A stretch of DNA of 63,150 nt, counting the filler, from Reticulomyxa filosa (taxonomy: Eukaryota > Protista > Foraminifera): NCBI GenBank assembly GCA_000512085.1. It is 22 parts of 22 records of this genome, joined end to end, with 100 filler letters (N's around TTAATTAATTAA, not from the genome) between each part and the next. Parts side by side here need not be neighbours in the genome. Positions count along the whole stretch, not along the records: positions 52,700 to 58,869 come from ASPP01005331.1; positions 58,970 to 60,514 come from ASPP01011954.1; positions 60,615 to 61,798 come from ASPP01021593.1; positions 61,899 to 63,150 come from ASPP01043051.1; 18 more parts are not named here. One strand, given 5' to 3'. Numbering within the stretch: position 1 is the first letter of the stretch; each line of letters opens with the position of its first letter. The translations under genes and the position numbers were made by a program. The notes beneath the pieces are model-generated. The model saw nothing but the letters and a program-made list of their open reading frames with translations, was not told the origin of the DNA and ran no database searches. Below, in pieces: positions 52,862 to 63,150 of the stretch.

Positions 52862-55800
52862 GATACATTTACAACGCCGGAAGACGCAACTTTGACTCCA
52901 TAACGATGCAATGGGAAGACGAGTACCTGTCTTCGCTGAACAAGCGATTTGAATGGATCGGACTCGGAGACTTTTCGATAAAGCATTACGGATTGGAGGA
53001 CGCGCAAATCCAAGCGCAAGAGCAGCAGCAGCTGTTGGACGCATTGTCACACGAAAAGCAAGAAAAGGCGAATGTAATAAACAAGCAGCACTTGGAGAAG
53101 AAGAAAGGCGGACAAGACAATTCCACAATGGAAACGATACGTCACGGTCCTGGCTTGGAGCGGGCCACGAGCGTCGCCGACGACAAAGCGAAAGCGGAGG
53201 AATCAAAGGACGCAAAGAATCAGAGCAGCAATGGATGGGCGATCAATTCCGATATAAACGTATTGGAGTTCATTTCCCAAAACATTCGCCAATCGGTGAG
53301 AGATGCATGTTTGCAAAGCTGGCTGCGCGATCACGACGGTACCAATCACGCTCCGACGGCCAGACAGCAGATGCTCGACCATTATCATATGCGCGCATTG
53401 AACCATATCAAGCAGGCCAAACAGGGTCTCAATATCATCACCGTGGTGCAAATGGAACAAACTGGAAGACATCTATGGTATCGAATGTCCTTATATTGGT
53501 TCCATTCCAGCACGTTTTGGTTCACATTCTTTCATTTAGTCATGGCCGTGCATTTGCTTCTTTCCTTTTGGAAACCTTACAATCCTCAAGTGCTGCGCCA
53601 AAGACATGGATACAGTCCCGATATATTGATAATCGAAAGCTTATGCATCCTCGTCGAAGTTCTCGATATTGTCATGACCGGATTTATTCAGTTCCGATGG
53701 CAGGACAGCGACGCCAATCCTTTGATTTCGCCTTCTCAGCAAATGCGTGTCTTTGTCATGCGCGTCCTTGTCACTGTGTTTGTGGTGATTGACCTGCTTG
53801 TTGCACACACGTCGTATGTCGTCTTGTCCGGCTATGTCGACCTTCGACCTCTGATCCTGATCTTGGCCAACGACGCTCTGCTCGGAGCAATGTATGCTTT
53901 TATGCTTACCATTTACGAGGCCAGAGATGGAGTCGTCCTCTATTTCATTGTCTGGACCATTGCTGCCGCCACTGGCACACTCACCTTCCGCTTTGGCACC
54001 TTCTTGAATTATTATAACTTGCAGTCCTTTTACAACTTTATCCGATCCATGATGCAAAGTTTCATCTTCATGGTGTCTGGAGAAAACTACGAGTCCATTG
54101 TCTACCAGGCCGAGGACAGCTCCCGAGCCTACGTTTTATACTTTGTCATTATCACCATTGCTGGCACATTCATCGTCATTCCTTTGGTCGTGTCCAAATT
54201 TCAAAATGGTTTGTTTTATATATATGCATATATATACACATATATACATATATATATATATATGTATATATGTACGACTACTTATAGCCTTCAGTGCAAT
54301 GCATACTGATGAACGTGAACGCAATAAATTCTTTAAACGCACTGGCTTCATTGCGGCATTTTGCTTGGTGAACTTGGACGATGACAATGTTGTGTCTCCG
54401 ACCGAATTTGAAGCATTTATTAGCTACTTGAAACGCATTCCTGGCAAAGATGCAAAAGAGCTTGTGCGGGGATTGCAAGGATTTGAAAACTTGGACGACG
54501 ACGGCGATGAAAATATTGAAATCAACGAGTTTGTACTTCATTTGGAGGAAATCTACAACAAGCCATCGATCACAGATATTATCGAAGACGACTCATTGCG
54601 CACGTGGCTACGCACGTCCATAGTCGAGAAGGAGTCGTTCAATCAAGCCGTGTTGGTGATCATATTCACAGAAGTGATGCTATTGATGATGTATGGCACA
54701 TATCCTGGTCTGAAATCACTGCGAATGTTGGATATCGTGTTGGGTGTTTGCGTGATGCTTAATGGGTTTGATGTGTTCATCAAATTGGTTGTATATGGAT
54801 GGGAATTTTATTGGAACCTTAGCAAATGTCGAGTTATTCCATTGGTTCCGATCGCCACGAGGTCGCTCATTTCTCACGATCAAATCACTTTTCAAGCGGT
54901 CAATCCATCCACACAAAGCACTCATTCGTGGCGTACTTCCGCCCTTCGAAGTCATACCGGAAACTCGGCTCGAAGCACATCTTTCGTTGCACCGCCTGGT
55001 ATTCGCATCGGAGATACGGCCGGAAATGGAATGATGTATGGCCCTCCTCGACGGGGTGATCCCGTGGAATTGTTGCACCGAGAATTCGCACATCGCTTGG
55101 ACTTGATAATTGTCTGTGCGTCAGTCACTCTGTTCATTTTAATCAGGGCCGTCTTTCATCAAACATTCTATTTCAACAACCATGAAATTCACTTTTTGGC
55201 TCGCATTCCAATGATCTTCCCACTCTTTCGTTTGTTCACATTGATACGCACCACACGCTCTGCCGTGTTCACCGTCTTCAAAGTCATCCCAAGATTTTCC
55301 AGCTTGTTTGTGCTCATGTTATTAGTGTTTTATGTATATGCAGTACTTGGAGCAGCTTTGGTTGGTAATCAAATTGAATACTTGACCCTTGGACCCTCTT
55401 CTTTTGTGTATTTTGGCTTTTCTACCATTGCACAAACATGGCTGTCGTTATTCCAAATGCTCGTCAGCGAAGGGTGGAACAATATTATGAATGAGACCAT
55501 TATCGCAACCAACAACTTTGGCTGGGCGTTCTACTTTATGTCGTTCATGTTTATTGTGACTTTGGTGTTCACCAATTTATTCTTTGGCTTGGTTTTGGCT
55601 GTCGTTGACGAAAGTGAAAAGGAACGCAAATATATGGCTCAATTTCAATCCGAGCAAAATGACAACAACAATCATGATAACAGCAACAACAACAACAGCA
55701 ATAATAATAACAATAATAGCTATCCGCCAAATGAGAGTGACACCAAAACTAAAGAAAATGAACCAGATAAAACCAAAGCAAACAAGAACAAAATACACCA

Positions 55801-56158
55801 AAATCCAGTTCTCCCATTTACTGCTCATCCAGATAGAAGTCCTCATGATGACAACATCTACAATCCCGATAATGCTATTTCCAATGAAGGCCATTGGATT
55901 GGTAATGTGGAGGTACCCTCTCCTCCTGTTACTTCACCCACATCAGCTGAAGCATCAACTAATCCATCTTCTGTTCGAAATAAGCATGTCAGAGGAAATC
56001 TTTCTGCTGGCAATCTGGGACACCTTAGTGGAAGTGGTAATTTTAGCCGGTCCACGAAACGCACTGATTCGACTGCTGTGACCATGAAAAAATATCAAAA
56101 AAATCGAGGTCCTCTACATTATTCATCACAAAGAAGCGGAAATCTATTCACTAAATGA
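52862..56158 (+). CDS. Two-pore channel-like protein (two 6TM ion-transport domains with an EF-hand linker); 5' truncated; intron 54209-54287
   Basis: Domain I: S4 LRPL, pore SFIFMVSGENYESIV, S6 YFVIITIAGTFIV. Linker EF hands DDDNVVSPTEF and DDDGDENIEINEF. Domain II: S4 FRLFTLIRTTR, pore LFQMLVSEGWNNIM, S6 YFMSFMFIVTLVFTNLFFGLVL. Confidence 0.9.
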
Positions 56159-56606
56159 GAGAAATTTTAATATTACTACGCGAATAAATAAATCGAAAAT
56201 ATCACACATATCAAGAATGCAAGTGTAAATAATGAAAGATATGATACCAAAAATGTAAATATGTTGGTCTCTTTCATCCAGAAGTAAAAAGTTTTTTTTT
56301 GACAGGATGGGTTGGTTGTTTTGTTAAAGTTTTGTGTCCGTGTCAGTTTTATTGTTCAGAACTATGTGTATCATGTTTGTCAGGTTTGGCTATCCATGAA
56401 AAGCTTTGTTGAAATGAGCACAATTTTGCTTGTTTAATGAGGCATCCAATTTGAATTGGATGTTGCAATTTATTTTTTTATTTTTGTAATTTTGAATCAC
56501 AAAATAACATACACAATTTTTTTTTTAGTCTTTCATCGCAAACAATCAGAAAAAATAGTATTTTCATTTTCATTCTCCTTTTCCTTTCAAGGAGAAAAAA
56601 GTGATC

Positions 56607-58498
56607 TCATAGAGTTATTGTCTGGGTATCTCTGATTGACTTCGAGCCTTTACACCCGTTTTTTGGATGTTCCTTTGCTTTCAAGGTGTCAGGTTTTTTT
56701 TTCTCAGGATCAGTTTTGGTTTCTTTTTTTTTATCTCCACTTTTTTGTTCTCCATTTTTGTTATCTACATTCTTTTGATCTGGTACTGTAACTTTGACAA
56801 CAGTTTTGGTGGTTGGGTTGGGTTCTGCTCCACCATAATCTGGAATCTCATAGTCAACCATTTTTCCGGCATCTCTTGGGCCAGCTTTTCGTTTTTTTAC
56901 TTCACCAGTCCTTTTGTCTTTGTACTCGATAAACTCAACAATTTGATTTTCTTTCTTAATCTTTTTTTTATCGGTCCTCAATTCATCAATGAATGCAAGT
57001 AATGTACTCCTGTGTGCATTCTTAATTAATAAATCATTGGCCAAGGTGTTGGAAGTTTGTTCAATGAGTTTCGCCCCATTGACTTGTCTGGCGTAAAACA
57101 TGCTGTAATATAGCTGAAAAAATGGGATAATAGGTTTATCTTTGCTTACATTTTTTGGTCTTCTGGAGCTAATATACATCAACCATTTCTGAACATCATT
57201 AATGTCCCAATCCTTGACATCTCCAGCTGGCATTGACGCATTGGCATAATCAATTTCAATCACTTGTTGTGATTGTTGTTCTTCAGATTGATGTTCACCA
57301 GTGGGGATTTTGGCTTCCTCCAATGTTACAACCGTGGCCGAACGTTTTGATTTGGGTCTTTTCGTTTCCGTTGTTTTTTTTTCTATTTCTTCCTCGTCAG
57401 TATCAAGTTCACTGTCTTCACTTATTTTTCTGCATAGTATCGGTCGTGAGGATTTGAGGGGGGGGGGAGGGAAGGGGAGGAAAGGAGGAAAAAAAAAAAA
57501 GCAACAAAACTTATCAATTTTCTATATTTTTTAATTTTTTTTAAGAAAAAAAAGAACTTGTGTGTCTTCGGTTGAGTCGGTTTAGGCTCCATCAACAATT
57601 TCAAATTAGTAACACTTTCTTTATGAACATCTTTAATAGTTTGTGCGTGTTGTATCTGTTTTTGAACTACATTAATTCGAGTTAAATGTCGTTGATGCTT
57701 TTTTTTTTTGTTGACAACGTCTTTCATTTCGTCTCGTAATATATGAAGCAGTGATATTTGAAAAGCGAGTCCAAAGTCATTTTCGTGCATCAATTTGTAA
57801 AAACCCTCTGGTTTACACAACACAGGTTTGGTACGAATATATCGTGATGGGTCGTCCTCGGCTAGATTTTCGGGAATTGTCACTATTTTTTTGATACGCC
57901 AAAAGCCACTTCTTTCATTTAATTCTTCTACTTCTCCGGGCGCATATTGTTCTTCATCTTTGCTTATAAAATATACTTTGTCACCTTTTTTGAACTTAAA
58001 AATATTTTCATTTCAAATAAAAAAAAAAAAAAAAAAAAGGGGGGAGAGAGTTGTAGTGTATACGTATATACATCAAACTAATAATAACAATACATATTTG
58101 TTTAAATGTAACTTGTCGAGGGCCCGTTTTCGGATGATTTGCACGATACTCACGTAAGCGTTGATTAGCTTGCTTGAGTAGTGGAATATTACCGATTGTT
58201 CGGTTTTGAGTGGGAGCAATTTGCGATAAATCGCTCATCATTGGTTTGTGCGATGCCTTCGGAGGTTGCTGACTTTTTTTGCCCTCTTTTTTCAACTTCT
58301 CATCTGACAGCTTTTTCATATCTTCCACATTACTCATTGTCCTTCCAGGTACTATTCTTCTCTGCGAGCGAGCTGCCATACGTGCTTGAATTTTTTCTAA
58401 CTGCAATTGTTTTTCGTCTTTTGCTTCTTCGTTTTGCTTACTTTGCTCGTCCTGGCTTGCTCGTTTGGCTCATTTTGCTCGTCTTGTTCGTTGGACAT
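56607..58498 (-). CDS. SAM-domain protein (3 exons)
   Basis: VKDWDINDVQKWL...LYYSMFYARQVNGAKLIEQTSNTLANDLLIKNAHRSTLLAFIDEL is a SAM domain. Introns ~58008-58112 and ~57422-57560; frameshift at ~58452. Confidence 0.75.
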
Positions 58499-59049
58499 GT
58501 TGGTATCTGTTTTGTAAAGGGGCCACTCATTTTGAGAAAAAATTTATACTTCTTTGCTAGCGTTAGAGTCTCTTTCTTTGCTAAATCATTTCATCTCTTA
58601 TTTATAAATATTTTTACTGTCAAGACATTTTAAAAAGTAATCTCAAAAATAAACTAGAGGTTTTTGACAACGTGTCATTTCTTTCAAAATAGCTTTTTGC
58701 GCATCACCAAAACAAAATCATATTATGCACAAATTGTAGTATCCATTCTTTTTGATATAATTTTTTTTAATTATCTACCAAATGCTCTTAATTGGATTTA
58801 GGTCTGTTGAATTAAAAGAAAAATGTATCAGTTATATTATTTTCTTTAAACTAATCCATTATTTTTTCANNNNNNNNNNNNNNNNNNNNNNNNNNNNNNN
58901 NNNNNNNNNNNNNTTAATTAATTAANNNNNNNNNNNNNNNNNNNNNNNNNNNNNNNNNNNNNNNNNNNNTCTGTCTGTCTGTCCGTTGTATGTATTCGAT
59001 TGTGGTTGGCATATATAGTCACCAATAAAATAAATAATGGACACATAAA

Positions 59050-60432
59050 TGAACACGCAGCAGAAAGCCACGCCCCCAACAAGAGAGAAGCGAGGAAAAC
59101 GACCGAGATAAGCACAAGCCCGCGAAATTTTCAGCCGCCGTTGGCAAGGTACCCGTGATACATAGTCTTCCTCCAGAGAAAGACGACGACAGTGAATTGG
59201 AACACATGACAGAAGAGGAGGAACGCAAATTCCGTCAGCAGCAATACCGTCAAGGAGTTACACTTTTGCACATATATAATATGTGCATACATATATAAAT
59301 ATACATATGTATGTATACGTATATATAGTGTATGCAATTGTATGTACATCTTGATATATCACACAGAAAATGATATCCACAATGGAATCGAATCCACGAA
59401 ACCCTGATATACTCGAAGATTTGAAAAATGATCGAGAGCCAGAACAACGCGTGAAACATAAAGACGTGGCTTCTGCACAAGGCTCAAAAAAGAAATGTTT
59501 TGTTCTCTGCAAATGGACCCCCCCCCCCTCCCTCTTCTATCTTTTTTATTCACACATTCATATAACAATTACAATTACTCGCATTCAAAACTCACACACA
59601 AATCATAGCAATCCCAAAACGAGCTCGTACAGCGGATGGAAACAAAGACAAAAAAATCTCTCATGTACCTCGCAGGAGTTCCGAAAAATATTATTCGCAA
59701 GAGAATTTGAATGATTCATTGAAATTGATGAGTACCGCAAGTTAAATATGATTGTCTTTGTTATTCCATAGTATACATATATGTACCCATATATGTATAC
59801 ATATATATGCATAAATAATGTATACGTATTGGGTTTCATCTCTTCCCCTTTTTTTTTTTTTTTTTATTTGACACGGTTGCTAAGATACTTTCATTCGGCA
59901 AGTGTCGACCCAAAAGAAACCAAGCACTTACATATATGACGAAAGAAAGATAGAAACACGAAGAGAAGACGTGGACCGCAGTTACGAGCCAAGTGATCCT
60001 TTCAAGAAGCGAAAGCACGACGAAGAGCTCGAGCTCGCCGAACCAGGAAGTAAATCGATGAGTAGCATCGACATGTCTCGCAACGACGGCGAAATGGACG
60101 TGGAGGAATTTGAGTTGAAGACGAACGGGAAAATGGATCAATCGAGAAACTCGATTGAAAGAGTTGCAATTGTGGATGCGCCCAACAATGCCAGCGGACA
60201 TAGCAACAACAATAACAATAACAATAACAACAACAGCAATAGTAATAATAATAGTAATAGTAATAGTAATAGTAATAGTAATGGCAATAACAACAGTAAC
60301 AATAATAACAATAACAACAACAGCACACCTCCACAGTCTCCGGTATCGCCTCGTCGACAAGCTGTTCGCCGAAACAATGGCAATGTAAGTACAGTGCCAG
60401 ATTATTTCATCAGGTCGAACAAATGGACGTAG
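59050..60432 (+). CDS. C-terminal low-complexity (Asn/Ser-rich) region of an unidentified protein
   Basis: Coding-like exons separated by (TA)n introns; last exon 59885-60432 with poly-Asn. No domain recognised. Confidence 0.5.
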
Positions 60433-60478
60433 ACAATGCATGCATTTTTTTTGTTTGTTTATTTTGTTTGAATTATGT

Positions 60479-60514
<36 letters not shown>

Positions 60515-61971
60515 NNNNNNNNNNNNNNNNNNNNNNNNNNNNNNNNNNNNNNNNNNNNTTAATTAATTAANNNNNNNNNNNNNNNNNNNNNNNNNNNNNN
60601 NNNNNNNNNNNNNNGATGATTCGTTCCAAAAATGTTTTCTTCTACACAAAAAAGAAATGTACCGACTTTGTAGTATTAGCAAAGACGAACAAATTTCTGT
60701 TTATGAAAGCAAATGAAATGAAAACTTTTTTTTTGCCTTGTGGTCCTCACAAAAAATTAGTCGACATTAAAAAAAATAAAGGAAATTAATTATATCAATG
60801 GCCTCATTATTATTTAACTCGAATTACTTAATAAAAAAAGGGGGCGATTTTTAAACTGAATGAAACAAGTGTTATATATCAAATTGAAACCTTTGACCGT
60901 TCGAATAGTGCAGAGGTTGTTTCGTTGGTAGCAATCGAGTAGAACCAAAATTTTGTTTGTAATTAGGTTTGGTACATAAATCAGTTTTTGTTTTTGTGTT
61001 GCGACTCATGTTTATATATGACGTGTCGACGATATGTACATGTGCTGTTGTTCCCCCAAGTAACCAGAAAATATCGTCTTGCAAGAAACTATTCCTTATT
61101 ATCTTTCTATATTCCATTGTGAAGTGATCATTCTTTGCAATTAAAGGAAAATCTTTCTTAACTGTTTGCCAATTTTTTAGAAGTACGATTTCTGCTATAA
61201 ACAATAGTCTGAAAGTCAGTAGATTGGACTATTTTGATTTGTATTTGATCCATTCACTCATTGGTTAAACACAATTTGAGCAAAGAAAATTGAAATACAT
61301 GAAAGTTTGAATTATTGTATCGAGAACTTTCAGTGAAAAAGTAATACCATTTGTCAAACATTGTTTGTGTCCTTTTTGAAATAACGAAAATATCGGAAAC
61401 ACAGATGTTGTACCTTTCTTTTTGAATTAACTTGTTTTCTTAAAAAAATGACAGTAAAAATCCGTTATTAAGGATCTTGAAATGATTTACACTTTGTGTA
61501 GCTTTAAATTGTATTCACATTTAGTTTTTGTCCGTACAAAATCCTTGTGTTAAGGCTTGCAACAAGTTATTTTTTAATGAGATTAAAAAAAACAGGGTTG
61601 TATGATATCTTAAAAAAATTCAATTCTTTCTTTTTTTTTGCATTGTACAATGATTAGAGTTTTTAACGTGTTCTCCACTAATTTTTTGTTCTAAAACTTT
61701 TTGTGTGAATTCATGCAACTTGTAATTAAAAACTTTGGAAAAACATTATTATTGCATGCTGCATGTCAATATTTTTTATTGCTATGTTGTAAAAAAAANN
61801 NNNNNNNNNNNNNNNNNNNNNNNNNNNNNNNNNNNNNNNNNNTTAATTAATTAANNNNNNNNNNNNNNNNNNNNNNNNNNNNNNNNNNNNNNNNNNNNTG
61901 CAAAATAAAAAACAACAAAAGTCTCAAATGAATTACTTATCTCTTTCCAAAAAAAAAAAACAACAAAGATT

Positions 61972-63150
61972 TTATGAAGATTTTCTTTGTTGAAAAATGA
62001 TGTCATAATCAGTGGTGTCTTGACTTTCCACACAATACCATTCACCATGTTTCCTTTCACGAATATCTTGTCTGATATTGTCCAACATTTTCTTCAATGG
62101 ATATCCATTTTTGTATTTAGATTTGATAACCTTTGTCATGCAATTACTAAACAATGATTTATCAGCAACTTCATATCCTTGAGTAGTTGACCAAATGGTC
62201 AAAAATCCATCGTCATTATGTCTATATGGCACATCTGATCCTCTCGTTGTCATTTTATGAGAAGTTGGGATACTTTTACCACGACAAACATCAACAATAA
62301 ATATTTTTGGAAAATTTTTTAAAGAGTCCATTTTGTTACAATTAAATGTTGTGCGCATTTCGTCAATTGATAGAGAGTTCCCATCGCTTGCCACTAACAT
62401 ATTTCCATCCTCTCCATGCCCACAAATTATTATTATCAATCCATCATATTTTTTAGTATTTTCGTGAAGTTCATGCTTTACAATTGTTTTGGTCAGAAAT
62501 GCTTGCACACCTTGTTTTGTTATTTGTGGAAATTGATTGCATTCAAATTCATAATTCAATTCTTTTTCAAACAATTGTTTGAAATTTTTTACATCTTCTT
62601 CTTTCACACTTGGAAGATCAGGCCATTTTGTGTCATCATTATATTCACTAATTGCAATCATCATTACCAATGCATTTTTAATTGTTTTCGTTTTTCCAAT
62701 TATTATTGGAGTCCAAATTATTTTAAATGAAAGTTCATTTTTTTTAAATTCACTTTTCACATCCTTGTCTGATTCAATGATATTACCTTTCATATTTGCC
62801 AAATCAAGATTTACATGCTCATTTCTCATCTTTTGAATATCTTTCCATTCCAGACAATGATAACTTTGACAAACAAGTTCTTCAAATGTCAGTTCTTTCA
62901 TTTTTATCAATGTTTCTCTTTCGCCCACTTTCAAATTTGTTGTCAACTATTCTTGTATTTTGTTATTGTAATTCAGATGAAAGAAATAAGAGTAAAATAA
63001 TACACAATTTATTAACTTCCTTTTCTTCTTTTTTGTCTTCATTGGTTGTGCTCAGAGCAAGATAAATATCAATGAAAAAACAAATAGAATCAATATCATC
63101 TTTTGCGATTTCATTTTTCCATTTATGTTCATTCAATAACCATACTCCAA
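61972..63150 (-). CDS. Caspase-like (peptidase C14) protease with a PB1/ubiquitin-like prodomain; 5' end runs out of the window; intron 62947-63016
   Basis: NALVMMIAISEY, DVKNFKQLFEKELNY, GLIIIICGHG (His), LKNFPKIFIVDVCRG (Cys), GFLTIWSTTQGY..SLF. The upstream exon ...DIYLALSTTNEDKKEEKE is in frame across the GT-AG intron. Confidence 0.9.

Noticed and set aside
15440-58460. Euplotes-style programmed ribosomal frameshifting
   Set aside because: No common slippery motif plus stop, and the shifts go in both directions.
60872-61204. 110-aa minus-strand ORF
   Set aside because: No recognisable domain or clear exon structure; cannot be supported.
1-63150. Operon-like or defence-island clustering of NACHT, caspase and RNF213 genes
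   Set aside because: They sit on different contigs, so adjacency in the window is artificial.

Overview
This is not one continuous locus. It is 22 short eukaryotic contigs joined by artificial 100-bp spacers (44 N + TTAATTAATTAA + 44 N), so neighbourhood across spacers means nothing. The DNA is AT-rich, with GT-AG introns full of poly-A/T and (TA)n microsatellites and many decayed gene copies. The families present (MFDTFRSS-type WD40, DTCYIRLALL NACHT N-terminus, Kelch-U-box, caspase-like) suggest a foraminiferan such as Reticulomyxa filosa; this is an inference. Recognisable genes: an RRM protein, a CAP-Gly start, a Cys-rich surface protein, a Kelch/U-box E3, a NACHT N-terminus, a degenerate class III nucleotidyl cyclase, an unannotated small beta-barrel + Zn-finger gene, a CDPK7-like EF-hand/PH gene head-to-head with nitrilase NIT1, a 7TM-RGS protein, WD40 proteins, Nup85-like, RPA1, an RNF213-like E3 C-terminus, a two-pore channel-like gene, a SAM protein and a caspase-like protease with two decayed paralogs. 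There is also a dead LINE element and tandem SF1 helicase relics. The most interesting signals are (1) an animal-like immunity/cell-death toolkit (caspase with a PB1-like prodomain, NACHT protein, RNF213-like protein with an altered RZ finger), (2) a two-domain channel with Cav-like Glu selectivity filters, and (3) a candidate structured Sm-site ncRNA. Many genes carry single-base frameshifts, mostly at homopolymers; these are probably sequencing errors.
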